From Candidatus Shapirobacteria bacterium (GTDB lineage: Bacteria; Patescibacteriota; Microgenomatia; UBA12405; BS750m-G30), in contig JBDRHA010000007.1 in the NCBI GenBank assembly GCA_043817235.1, positions 137,212 to 201,211 on the forward strand: a stretch of 64,000 nt of DNA, read 5' to 3'. The notes beneath the pieces were generated by a model that worked only from the letters and a program-made list of their open reading frames with translations, had not been told where the DNA came from and ran no database searches. Both the position numbers and the translations under genes were made by a program. Position 1 is the first letter of the stretch. Each line of letters begins with the position of its first letter. Shown here one piece after another: positions 54,273-63,840 of the stretch.

Positions 54273-55340
54273 ATGAACGTGTCAGCAGGAATTGTGGGAT
54301 TGCCGAATGTGGGCAAATCTACTCTTTTTAACGCTTTGCTTAAAAAACAAGTGGCGGATACGGCTAATTACCCTTTTTGTACTATTGAGCCTAATAAGGG
54401 GATTGTACCGGTTCCTGACGGCCGACTGCCAGTATTGGCTAAAATCGTAAATACGGAAAAAATCGTTCCTGCTGTGGTGGAGTTTATTGATATTGCCGGT
54501 TTGGTTAAAGGAGCGCATAAGGGCGAAGGATTAGGTAATAAGTTTTTGGCTAATATTCGGGAAGTATCGGTTATTGTTCACGTGGTGCGATTTTTTGAAG
54601 ATCCGAATATTGAGCATGTTAGTTCTAAAATTGATCCGCTTTCAGACGTGGAAATTATTGAGAGTGAGCTTGTTTTAGCGGACCTTGAGACTTTGGACAA
54701 ACAAAAAGAGCCAAAACTAAATGCTACAAAAGAAGAAAAAATTCGCTGGGTGGCAATAACTAAGTTAAAAGAAGAATTAAACAAGGGGATATTAGCTAAA
54801 GATGTAGAGCTTGATGAGGATGAGAAAAAAGAAATTAAACCATTATTTTTATTAACGGAAAAACCGGTTATCTATGCGGCTAACTTGGGCGAAAAACAAC
54901 TCGCTAAAAAAGAAGAGATCTTAAAGGATTTTTTTCGTGGCCCAGTGATTGCCTTATCCAATAAACTGGAAGTGGATCTGGCTTCTTTGACTGAAGATGA
55001 GCAAAAAGAATATTTAGCCGAATATAATCTAACAGAGCCAGGCTTAAACCGGTTGGTAAAAATAGCCTACGATACTTTGGGACTAATCTCCTTTTTAACG
55101 GCTGGGGAAAAGGAAGCAAGAGCCTGGACTATTTCCAAGGGCACCTTGGCGCAAGAAGCAGCCGGAGTTATTCATACTGATTTTATTAAAAAGTTTATTA
55201 AGGCGGATGTTGTAAGCTTTGAAAATTTTGTTCAGTATGGCGGGTGGGTAAGCTCTCGCGCGGTTGGGAAAGTGCGTACTGAAGGCAAAGAATATCTAAT
55301 TAAAGACGGGGAAGTGGTAGATTTTAAGATTGGAGCTTAG
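54273..55340 (+). CDS. ychF: ribosome-binding ATPase YchF (Obg-family GTPase with TGS domain)
   Basis: Contains [17 protein letters not shown] (G1), DIAGLVKGA (G3) and the C-terminal TGS domain [21 protein letters not shown]. Confidence 0.9.
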   Translation: MNVSAGIVGLPNVGKSTLFNALLKKQVADTANYPFCTIEPNKGIVPVPDGRLPVLAKIVNTEKIVPAVVEFIDIAGLVKGAHKGEGLGNKFLANIREVSVIVHVVRFFEDPNIEHVSSKIDPLSDVEIIESELVLADLETLDKQKEPKLNATKEEKIRWVAITKLKEELNKGILAKDVELDEDEKKEIKPLFLLTEKPVIYAANLGEKQLAKKEEILKDFFRGPVIALSNKLEVDLASLTEDEQKEYLAEYNLTEPGLNRLVKIAYDTLGLISFLTAGEKEARAWTISKGTLAQEAAGVIHTDFIKKFIKADVVSFENFVQYGGWVSSRAVGKVRTEGKEYLIKDGEVVDFKIGA

Positions 55341-55840
55341 TTGGCACATTTTTCCCACAGTCCTAGATTATTTTCCTGAGCATATTCTTGGGCACTTGAG
55401 AAAAGATCACGATATTTAAGATCCGGAGGGATGAGTAGTTTTTTGCCAAAACCGTTATTGAGGAGTATCTGGTTAATCATTTGATTATTCACCCAAACAT
55501 AACGAAGCAAGCGGCCGTAATCGTCCTTTTGGGTAATATCTTTTTCCAACTTAACTAATTTGCCTAAAACAAGTTCTTGGTTTTCTTGGGTAGCTTCTTT
55601 GGCAAAACAATGATTGATTTCCGGAGTATCTACTCCCAAATAACGGATTACTTGACCATTTTCCAATAAAATTGTATCTCCATCAATAACTCTGATTACT
55701 AAAAATTCTTCGTGTTCTGATGCTTCTTTTTGAGGATTTTGATTTCGCTGAACCTGGTCAACTAGCCAATAGTTGACTGTGAAAGCGGATAAGGCTAAAA
55801 GAACAATAACAATATACTTGCCCAAGCCTCTTTTCATCAT
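55337..55840 (-). CDS. membrane-anchored thermonuclease (staphylococcal nuclease-like)
   Basis: An N-terminal TM anchor is followed by VIRVIDGDTILLENGQVIRYLGVDTPE...YGRLLRYVWV, the SNase catalytic motifs. Confidence 0.75.
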   Translation of the reverse strand: MMKRGLGKYIVIVLLALSAFTVNYWLVDQVQRNQNPQKEASEHEEFLVIRVIDGDTILLENGQVIRYLGVDTPEINHCFAKEATQENQELVLGKLVKLEKDITQKDDYGRLLRYVWVNNQMINQILLNNGFGKKLLIPPDLKYRDLFSSAQEYAQENNLGLWEKCAN

Positions 55841-55866
55841 TTTATCTTAGCATGAAATGCTAAAAT

Positions 55867-56775
55867 ATGGCTATGTTTTCTTTTATAGTTCCGAATTATA
55901 ACGGCCAAAAACTGCTCTCTTCTTGTTTAAAATCAATTGGCAAACAAGATAGAAAAATTAAAAAAGAAATTATTATTATAGATAATGCCTCATTTGATGA
56001 TTCTTTGCGAATCGTCAAAAAATTCCAATTTTTAAATCCTAATTTTCAAGTTAAATTAATTAAAAATTATAAAAATTTGGGTTTTGCGGCGGCTGTTAAT
56101 CAGGGAATTAAAAAAGCCCGCTATTCTTATTTAGTAATAATGAATAACGATTTAGTAATCGCTAATGATTGGCTGGAAAGAATAAATATAGGCATTGTAA
56201 ATTGGCGTGATAAAGAAAAAACAGGGGCTTTTTTTGGTCAAGTTTTAGACTGGAAGGGAGAAAAAATTGAAAGCACCGGATTAATTTTTTCTTCTTGTGG
56301 GAAAGCTTTTAATAGGGGCAACGGGGAAAGAGCAAAAAGCAGCAGCTATCAAAATCAAGAAGTAATCTGGGGCGGGAGCGCTTCGGTTATCGTTTATGCT
56401 AAAAAAGCCTTAGGCAAGATTGGTCTTTTTGATCCTATGTTTTTTGCATATTTAGAAGATGTGGATTTAGCTTTAAGATTAAATAATTTGGGATTGAAAA
56501 CTGTTTATTTGCCTCAGGTAATTTCTTACCATCAAGGCGGGGCAACAACTGATAAGATGAAAATTCGCTACCGCTTGGCTGCTCGCAACTGGTGGTTTAT
56601 AATACTAAAGCACTATTCTTTAAAATATTTTCTTAAGAATTTTTTGGGAATTATTAAAGAGCAGTTAAAGAACTTTCTTAGAGTTGAAGGTATAACAGGA
56701 AAGTTTTGGGTGATAAGCGAGCTAATAAAAAAATGGCCAATCTTAGCCAAAAAGAGAAAACCTATTCTGATCTAA
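55867..56775 (+). CDS. glycosyltransferase family 2 (paralogue of 2996-3817)
   Basis: Contains FSFIVPNYNGQKLLSSCLKSI...IIIIDNASFDDS...NLGFAAAVNQG. About 120 nt of its DNA are roughly 80% identical to 3121-3240. Confidence 0.75.
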   Translation: MAMFSFIVPNYNGQKLLSSCLKSIGKQDRKIKKEIIIIDNASFDDSLRIVKKFQFLNPNFQVKLIKNYKNLGFAAAVNQGIKKARYSYLVIMNNDLVIANDWLERINIGIVNWRDKEKTGAFFGQVLDWKGEKIESTGLIFSSCGKAFNRGNGERAKSSSYQNQEVIWGGSASVIVYAKKALGKIGLFDPMFFAYLEDVDLALRLNNLGLKTVYLPQVISYHQGGATTDKMKIRYRLAARNWWFIILKHYSLKYFLKNFLGIIKEQLKNFLRVEGITGKFWVISELIKKWPILAKKRKPILI

Positions 56776-57785
56776 AAAAAACTAGAGTAAAAAAGTATGT
56801 TTTAATTTTTTTGCTTATTTTTTTAAGTTTGTTTTTTTTGACTGTCGGGATTGTTTTTTTAGCTACTACTAATTTAAGCCAAAAAATTGGTCTAAGCAGA
56901 AACGAGTTTACAAAAAAAATCTGGAATGGAATTGCCCACCCCTATTCCCAAGATTATTTAACAGTTTTACTCCTAGGTCTGGATACGCGCGAGGATGACA
57001 ATAGCCTGCTAACAGATACTATTTTGCTTGTTAGCATTAATACTCAAAGTGGAGACTACTTGCTTTTTTCTATTCCCCGCGATCTTTGGCTAGCCGATTT
57101 AAAAACAAAAATTAATTCTTTATATTATTATGGGAGCAAAGAAAACCCGCAGGATGGAACTATTTTAGTAAAAAATAAACTGGAAGAAATTCTTAGCTGG
57201 AAGATTGATTATGTAGCTTTATTAAAAATGGACCAGCTTAAAGAGTTGATTGATGATTTGGGGGGAATAGAGGTAAGCGTGGAAAGAAGTTTTGTTGACG
57301 AAAAATTTCCCAAAGATGACGGCAGCAATGAGCTAAAAACTATTAGTTTTGACCAAGGCTGGCAAAAGTTTGATGGGGAAAGGGCTTTAGAGTTTATCCG
57401 ATCGCGCCAAAGTGAAGATTTAACGGAAGGGACCGATGAAGCGCGGCAAAAAAGACAAAAGAAAGTAATTTTAGCTTTAAAAAATAAATTAATTAACGAA
57501 AAGAGTCTTTGGTTAGATTTTCGACTGATAGCCAATTTAATAAATTTTGCGACTCAAGAAATAGAGGTTAGCCCAGATATTGATTTGGCCACCTTAGCTT
57601 CTTTCGCTAAACTAGGAAAGGAATTAGCGCTAAAAGGGGAAGAAAAAGAGCTGGAGTTAGACTGGGAGGGTGAAACGGCATTGCTAAAAACTGAAAAGGA
57701 ATCAACTAATGGAGCTTGGGTTTTAGTTCCGAAAAGTGGAAATTGGGAAAATATTGCCCATTATTTTAAAGAGTCTTTGCCTTAA
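56733..57785 (+). CDS. LytR-CpsA-Psr (LCP) family glycopolymer-to-peptidoglycan ligase
   Basis: A single TM anchor is followed by TVLLLGLDTREDD...DTILLVSINTQSGDYLLFSIPRDLW, the LCP signature. Confidence 0.8.
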   Translation: MANLSQKEKTYSDLKKTRVKKYVLIFLLIFLSLFFLTVGIVFLATTNLSQKIGLSRNEFTKKIWNGIAHPYSQDYLTVLLLGLDTREDDNSLLTDTILLVSINTQSGDYLLFSIPRDLWLADLKTKINSLYYYGSKENPQDGTILVKNKLEEILSWKIDYVALLKMDQLKELIDDLGGIEVSVERSFVDEKFPKDDGSNELKTISFDQGWQKFDGERALEFIRSRQSEDLTEGTDEARQKRQKKVILALKNKLINEKSLWLDFRLIANLINFATQEIEVSPDIDLATLASFAKLGKELALKGEEKELELDWEGETALLKTEKESTNGAWVLVPKSGNWENIAHYFKESLP

Positions 57786-57787
57786 TA

Positions 57788-58963
57788 ATGAAAGTTCTTC
57801 TTATTTCCCATTGCTTTCCTCCGGCCCAAGACGGAGGAGCGGTAACTTTTGGCTATATAAAAGAAATTCTTATCCGGGCTGGGAATCAAGTTGAAGTGAT
57901 TACCAGTAATTGCTTTTCTTCGGATGATTTTATTAAAATAGGGACCAAAACGATCTCTCCTCAAAAGCAAGAGAAGAAAAATTTATCAATTATTAGGCTC
58001 TCAGTGTTTAAAAAAGGAAGATTATTTTTTCGCTTAGGCGAATTAGTTTTTAAAAATAATTTAATTTCTCTTTTTAAAAGAGGGCCGGTATTTACTAGTC
58101 TAAAATATATTTTGAAAAAAAGGGAGGTGGATTGGGTAATTACAGGCTTTTTTCCGACACTCGCGCCCTTTTGGGGTTATTGGATAGCTAGAAGAAGCAG
58201 GACTAAGCTTGCCCTGATTCCTGGTTATCATAAGGGGGATTTAAATTATCAAAATCGCTACTTAGTCAAACTTCTTTTTCGGGCTGATTTGCTTATTTGT
58301 TTTACCAAATGGGAAGCTAAACATTATCAAAATTTAGGAATTAGCAAAAAGAAGATTACGGTAATCGGAAATGTTGCTCCCAAGTATTTATTAAAAAAAA
58401 CTGCATCTTTCCCAAAAAAACCAATTATCTTGTATTTAGGCGCAAAAGCTGCCCATAAAAGAGTGGAATTATTAATTGAGGCTATGGAAAGGGTTTGGCA
58501 AGTGGATAAAAAAGTTGATCTGGTAATTGCCGGGCCCGAAACTTTGCACAGTGCGAAAGTTAAAGAAAAAATTCGGAAGTTAAAAATATCTTTTCGCAAA
58601 CAAGTAACTTATTATTCTTGTGTAAGTGAGAAAAAAAAGATTGCCTTGCTAGACGACGCAACAGTTTTAGTTAATCCGGCTCTGTCAGAGTCTTTTAGTT
58701 TAGTTTTTATGGACAGCTGGGCCCGGAAAAAGCCGGTAATTGGCAGTAATTTCCCAGCCAAAAGAGAATTAGTTAAAGAAAGTGGGGGCGGGTTATTATT
58801 TAAAAAATATTCAGCGCAAGATTTAGCTGAAAAAATAATTAAAATAATTTCGTCGCCTCAAAAAGCAAAAATAATGGGGGAGCGCGGTTATAATAATTTA
58901 ATAAATAAATATACTCTAGGCCGAGTGGGGGAAAAATTATTAAAAGCTTTAGCAAAAGAATGA
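57788..58963 (+). CDS. glycosyltransferase family 4 (GT-B)
   Basis: Contains KVLLISHCFPPAQDGG...SESFSLVFMDSWARKKPVIGSN. Confidence 0.7.
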   Translation: MKVLLISHCFPPAQDGGAVTFGYIKEILIRAGNQVEVITSNCFSSDDFIKIGTKTISPQKQEKKNLSIIRLSVFKKGRLFFRLGELVFKNNLISLFKRGPVFTSLKYILKKREVDWVITGFFPTLAPFWGYWIARRSRTKLALIPGYHKGDLNYQNRYLVKLLFRADLLICFTKWEAKHYQNLGISKKKITVIGNVAPKYLLKKTASFPKKPIILYLGAKAAHKRVELLIEAMERVWQVDKKVDLVIAGPETLHSAKVKEKIRKLKISFRKQVTYYSCVSEKKKIALLDDATVLVNPALSESFSLVFMDSWARKKPVIGSNFPAKRELVKESGGGLLFKKYSAQDLAEKIIKIISSPQKAKIMGERGYNNLINKYTLGRVGEKLLKALAKE

Positions 58964-60354
58964 ATATTTTACTAGCGAGCACTTTAATCTTTGGTTTAAT
59001 TTTAAGATTAATCTCTTTAAACCAGTCTTTTTGGCTGGATGAGGCGGTTCAGGTTTGGGCGAGCTCTTCTTTTTCTCTTTCCAAGCTTCTGACTCAATAT
59101 ATGCCCGGCGATTTTAATCCGCCTCTTTACCACCTTGCGCTCAAAGGATGGATTCAGATTTTAGGCAACTCTGAAGACCAAATACGCTTGCTTTCGGTTA
59201 TTTTTGGAATCGCCAGCTTAAATATTTTTTATCAAATCCTGCTTGAGCTTAAACTAAAAAAAGCCTGGCTCCCTGCCATGCTCTTGCTTGCTACCTCTCC
59301 TTTGCATATTTATTATTCGCAAGAAGTCCGGATGTATATCTTGGCCGGGCTTGGATTTTTGCTTTCTTTATGGCGTTTTCTGGTTTTTTTCCGAAGAAAA
59401 TCGCTTAAGAATTCTATTTTTCTAAGTCTTTCTTTTCTAGTTATGGCTTTTTCCCATTTTCTAGCCCTTTTTACTTTACCCGTTTTCTTCTTTTGGGGGA
59501 TTGGGCAAGAAAGAAAAAACAAAAAAAAGAATTGGGTTTTGTTTTTATTTCCCTTTTTTATTCTATTAGTTGCTTATTTGGCCTACAGCCCGCTTTTGCT
59601 TTCTCAAATTAAAACGGGCTTAGGCTGGCAAGAAGAATTTCCGGTTTGGAGGCAAACGGTGGGAAGTTTTAGTTTAAAAGCAGCGGCCCTTCTGCCGCTT
59701 AAGTTTATTATTGGCAGGATAAGCTTTTCGCCTCCTTGGTTTTATGGCGCAATATCGGTTGTCTTGGTTATTCTTTATTGGGGGCTGGCTCTACTAGGAA
59801 TCAGAAAAGGAAAAAAAATAGGCAGAAAATGGCTTTTAATCTTTTTATTATTAGCTTTTCCGGTATTGGCGGGTTTTCTGCTGAGCTATAAAATTTCAGT
59901 TTTTTCCTATTTTCGCTTTTTGTATGTTTTACCTCTTTTTTATCTATTAATCGGGGCAGGTTTAGAAAAAATGGGGAGGTGTTTGTTATTTTTCTCAATT
60001 CTGTTTGTAGGGATTAATTTAATTTGCACTTTTATTTATTTGGCAAACCCTAATTTTCACCGGGAAAATTGGCGAGGCGCAGTTAGCTGGCTTCACTCGC
60101 AAAATCAGCGCTTTGAGTCCTCCTTAATCATCCTGCCGCAAATAGACAAGCCCTTTTTGTATTATGATCAGGGCCAAACAAGACTGATTACAGCTGATGA
60201 AGCTAAAGATCCGTTAGTTTATTTGGCAAGCTACAGTTTGCCAATCTTTGACCCAAGCGATAAAATAAGAAAGACTTTAGGAGAAAAAGGTTATAAGTTA
60301 GACAAAGGGGAGAGCTTTAATCAAGTCGGAATAGAGCTTTGGAGGAGAGAATAA
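58960..60354 (+). CDS. ArnT/PMT-like GT-C glycosyltransferase (GT39/83)
   Basis: Contains NQSFWLDEAVQVWAS...FNPPLYHLALKGW, with about 11 TM helices. The C-terminal domain carries an ENWRGAVSWL motif related to the WQxGY motif of the paralogues. Confidence 0.7.
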   Translation: MNILLASTLIFGLILRLISLNQSFWLDEAVQVWASSSFSLSKLLTQYMPGDFNPPLYHLALKGWIQILGNSEDQIRLLSVIFGIASLNIFYQILLELKLKKAWLPAMLLLATSPLHIYYSQEVRMYILAGLGFLLSLWRFLVFFRRKSLKNSIFLSLSFLVMAFSHFLALFTLPVFFFWGIGQERKNKKKNWVLFLFPFFILLVAYLAYSPLLLSQIKTGLGWQEEFPVWRQTVGSFSLKAAALLPLKFIIGRISFSPPWFYGAISVVLVILYWGLALLGIRKGKKIGRKWLLIFLLLAFPVLAGFLLSYKISVFSYFRFLYVLPLFYLLIGAGLEKMGRCLLFFSILFVGINLICTFIYLANPNFHRENWRGAVSWLHSQNQRFESSLIILPQIDKPFLYYDQGQTRLITADEAKDPLVYLASYSLPIFDPSDKIRKTLGEKGYKLDKGESFNQVGIELWRRE

Positions 60355-60574
60355 AATGACTTCAATTGAAACAAGAGAATTTCCCAATGACCGGGTCGGG
60401 AGGCCACCGGATGAAAAAGAGCAAGCAAGAAAGAATTTTGACCCTCATTTTCCAAGAAAAGAACCCAGGTCCGAGGTCGGGCCAACTGATAAGAAAAATG
60501 TTTTTAAAGAAGAGCTGCTCGATGAGGGTTTTGCGTCATTTTTACGAGTTTTCGGTATAAAAATTTGACAGTAA

Positions 60575-61663
60575 ATGAAAATTGGGATTGATTTATCTCC
60601 TGTTGTTTATGGTACGGGCGTGAGTGTTTATTTAAAGAATCTAGCGGAAACTTTACTGAAAATTGATCAAAAAAATGATTATGTTTTTTTCTTTAGCTCG
60701 CTTAGGCGATCATTATCTGAGTCGGGAATTACGCTAAAGGGCGAAAATTTTTCAGTCAAAAACTTTAAAATGCCCCCTCTTTTGCTGGAAACTCTTTGGA
60801 ACCAGCTTCATTTATTTCCGGTGGAAAAATTTATCGGAGAGATTGATGTTTTTCATGCTTCGGATTGGGCCCAGCCCCCAGCCCAAAAAACAAAGATTGT
60901 CGCCACCATTCATGATCTTTCTTTTTTGCGCTGGCCTCAAACCGCCCATCCCCAGGTTTTAGCGGCGCAAAAACGAAGACTGGCTTGGGTTAAAAAAGAG
61001 GCGGCCAAGATTATCGCTGTTTCCGAGGCCACGAAAAAAGAAATAATCGAGCTTTTAGGAATTGAAGAAAAAAGAATTGAAGTTGTTTACGAGGCTTTGC
61101 CTGACGATCTTGTTCAAATAAAGCCAAAAGTAAGTTTAAAAAAGTTTGGAATAACCAAGTCTTTTGTGATGGCTAGCGGCTCGCAATCCGAGCGCAAAAA
61201 TATTAGCCGGACCATCAAAGCCTTTGCTCTTTTAAAAAATAAATTAAATTTGCAGTTGGCCATTACCGGAGAATATAAGCCAGAAGACAAGCTAGATAGC
61301 GATATCATTGTGACCGGTTTTATATCTCGGCCCGAGTGGGCAGGTTTGCTAAAAGCGGCAAAAGCATTGGTTTATCCTTCGGTTTACGAAGGCTTTGGTT
61401 TGCCGATTTTGGAGGCATTTTACTTAGGTGTTCCGGTAGTTACCAGTAATTTATCCAGCATGAAAGAAATAGCCGGGCGGGCGGCTCTTTTAGTTGACCC
61501 CTATTCTTCTGAATCTATTGCTAAGGGGATTGAAAAGATAGTTAGTTCACGGGAGGCGAATAAAAATCTAAAAAGGCTGGGGAAAAAGCGGTTAAAAGAT
61601 TTTTCTTGGGAAAAGGCCGCCCGAAAAACTTTAAAGATTTATGAACAGGTGGCTAAGACTTGA
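60575..61663 (+). CDS. glycosyltransferase family 4 (GT-B)
   Basis: Contains VFHASDWAQPP...YPSVYEGFGLPILEAFYLGVPVVTSN. Confidence 0.75.
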   Translation: MKIGIDLSPVVYGTGVSVYLKNLAETLLKIDQKNDYVFFFSSLRRSLSESGITLKGENFSVKNFKMPPLLLETLWNQLHLFPVEKFIGEIDVFHASDWAQPPAQKTKIVATIHDLSFLRWPQTAHPQVLAAQKRRLAWVKKEAAKIIAVSEATKKEIIELLGIEEKRIEVVYEALPDDLVQIKPKVSLKKFGITKSFVMASGSQSERKNISRTIKAFALLKNKLNLQLAITGEYKPEDKLDSDIIVTGFISRPEWAGLLKAAKALVYPSVYEGFGLPILEAFYLGVPVVTSNLSSMKEIAGRAALLVDPYSSESIAKGIEKIVSSREANKNLKRLGKKRLKDFSWEKAARKTLKIYEQVAKT

Positions 61664-61726
61664 TGTTTAATTGGGTATTTTGTAGTAAAATAATTCACCA
61701 GACGTTAATTGACTTAACTACTAATA

Positions 61727-62365
61727 ATGGCTAATAATTTTCAGATTAATTTATTTCCACCCAAAATAATTTTTAAAGACCGCATGGGTAAAAAATTATC
61801 TTTTTCCCAAGGAATGGAAAAAATACTTAGAAGAATAGATAATTATTTTCTTGATCTTTGGCTTATGATTCTGAATGGGGTTACCAATTGCCCATTTTGG
61901 TCAGTCCGAAAATTGTTTTTTTTACTTTCTGGTGTTCAAATTGGCCAGGGGAGCAAACTTCATTGCGGAGTTCGATTTTATCAGCCACGAGGAATAAAGA
62001 TTGGAAGGGGAAGCATTATTGGTTATCGTACATTCTTAGATGGAAGAGCGCCCTTGACGATTGGCAAAGAGGTGGATATTGCTTCTGAAGTAATGATTTA
62101 TAACTCTGAGCACGATATTCATGCGAATGATATGCGGGCCATTGAAGGGTTTGTAGAAATTGGTGATTATGTTTTTATTGGACCCCGAGCAATTATTATG
62201 CCGGGAGTAAAAATTGGTCAGGGAGCGGTGATTGCCGCCGGAGCGGTGGTAACGAAAGATGTAGGCCCAAAAGAAATTGTTGCCGGTATTCCCGCCCAGA
62301 AAATAGGGGAAAGAAGAATAAAAGAATTAAATTATAAATTGGGCAGGGCTCGCGCCTTTCAATAG
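61727..62365 (+). CDS. hexapeptide-repeat (left-handed beta-helix) sugar O-acetyltransferase
   Basis: Contains repeated [LIV]G-x4 hexapeptides: IGRGSIIGYRTFL...IGDYVFIGPRAIIMPGVKIGQGAVIAAGAVV. Confidence 0.75.
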   Translation: MANNFQINLFPPKIIFKDRMGKKLSFSQGMEKILRRIDNYFLDLWLMILNGVTNCPFWSVRKLFFLLSGVQIGQGSKLHCGVRFYQPRGIKIGRGSIIGYRTFLDGRAPLTIGKEVDIASEVMIYNSEHDIHANDMRAIEGFVEIGDYVFIGPRAIIMPGVKIGQGAVIAAGAVVTKDVGPKEIVAGIPAQKIGERRIKELNYKLGRARAFQ

Positions 62366-62920
62366 ATGTTAAAAAAGTTTTTCTTCGTGTTAGGTGTTAT
62401 TTTAAGTCTTTATTTATTGGTCCCTGGACCCAAGCTTCCTCCGCTTGATTTGCCGGAATCTTTGAAATCTGATGAGCCCGGAGATACCTATCAAATATTT
62501 CAGGCAAGCGCCTATTATACTGATAAAGAAAGAGAAGAGGTTATTAGTTTTTATGATCAATATTTTTCTCACTCTTCTTTTTTAAACTTTCCTCTTTTTA
62601 CTTATCGACTTAATCATCCGCCAGAATATGCTCGGGAAATTTGGGTAGACACAAAGCAAAGCTATTATTTGGAAGAAATTGTTAATCCTTTTCGCGGTTC
62701 TCTTTATGTTAACGGCTATGAATGGGCGCGTGATGTTTTTACTCCAGTAGAGGCTCGGGAGCAGTATGCCTTGATTGTTGGTGGAAGAGTTTGGCCGAGC
62801 AAGGTTAGCTTGCGTTATTTTTCTTCTTTCTGGATAGTAAGGTTAGTGGTCTTTTGGGCCAGCTGGCTTATGCTTGGCTGGATAATTGGCCTTTGGGCTA
62901 AGGAGTTTAAAAGGCGATGA
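62366..62920 (+). CDS. hypothetical membrane-anchored protein
   Basis: A signal anchor is followed by a roughly 130-aa soluble domain and a C-terminal TM helix. No motif I recognise. Confidence 0.4.
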   Translation: MLKKFFFVLGVILSLYLLVPGPKLPPLDLPESLKSDEPGDTYQIFQASAYYTDKEREEVISFYDQYFSHSSFLNFPLFTYRLNHPPEYAREIWVDTKQSYYLEEIVNPFRGSLYVNGYEWARDVFTPVEAREQYALIVGGRVWPSKVSLRYFSSFWIVRLVVFWASWLMLGWIIGLWAKEFKRR

Positions 62921-63840
62921 AACCTGTTTTGTCTATTATTATTTTAAACTATAATACGAAGAATATCTTAAAAGATTGCTTAGCCTCTCTTGTTCGTTTT
63001 GATAAGCGCTTGGATTTTTCCGGGAAAATTATAAAAAGCAATCAGGAGGAAATTACTCCTGCTGAGATCATCGTGGTTGATAATGGTTCTTGCGATGGCA
63101 GTAGGGAGTTTTTAAAAAATTGGGAAAAGAAAAAATCCGGATTTGGGGCGATTTTTAATAAAAAGAATTTGGGCTTTGGCAAGGCGAATAATCTGGCTAT
63201 GAAAAAAGCCAGAGGTGAATATTTTTTACTTTTAAACAGCGATACTCTCTTTTTTCAGGCTGCTATTTCCCAGACCCTTTTTTGGCTTTGTGCTCGGCCG
63301 GAATTTGATCTGGCTGCTCCTCGTTTGTTAAATCAAAATAAAACTATTCAGCCCTCGGCTGGGCGTTTTCCGAATTTGGTTAATACTTTTGCTATGCTTT
63401 TTTTAGATCGCTTAAGCAAAAAGCAGATTTTAATGAGCTCTCCCGATCAAATTAAAGAGGTTGACTGGGTGATGGGTGCGTTTATGATGTTAAAGAAAAA
63501 AGTTTTTACCAAAACAAAAGGTTTTGATGAAAAGATTTTTATGTATATGGAAGAAGTGGAGTGGTGCTATCGGATTAAAAAAGCAGATTTCAAAATTGGA
63601 TTTTATCCTTCGGCTCAAGTAATTCACTTGAAAGGAGCTAGTTCAGCAAGCCGCACAATTCCTATTCTTAATATTTATAAAGGGCTGATTTATTTTTACC
63701 AAAAGCATTATTCCAAGGTATCGTATTATATATTAAAATTACTATTAAGGGTAAAAGCGGGCTTAGCTTTAATTTTAGGCATTTTAACTAAAAATGAGTA
63801 TATTAAAAAAACTTACAGGCAGGCTTGGGCCATTAACTAA
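62917..63840 (+). CDS. glycosyltransferase family 2
   Basis: Contains LSIIILNYNTKNILKDCLASL...IIVVDNGSCDGS...NLGFGKANN...LLLNSDTL. Confidence 0.75.
   Translation: MKPVLSIIILNYNTKNILKDCLASLVRFDKRLDFSGKIIKSNQEEITPAEIIVVDNGSCDGSREFLKNWEKKKSGFGAIFNKKNLGFGKANNLAMKKARGEYFLLLNSDTLFFQAAISQTLFWLCARPEFDLAAPRLLNQNKTIQPSAGRFPNLVNTFAMLFLDRLSKKQILMSSPDQIKEVDWVMGAFMMLKKKVFTKTKGFDEKIFMYMEEVEWCYRIKKADFKIGFYPSAQVIHLKGASSASRTIPILNIYKGLIYFYQKHYSKVSYYILKLLLRVKAGLALILGILTKNEYIKKTYRQAWAIN

Noticed and set aside
60366-60560. Alternative-frame 64-aa ORF in the GC-rich spacer
   Set aside because: It overlaps the other small ORF in the same spacer. Both cannot be real and neither has support beyond being open. Only the spacer itself is flagged.
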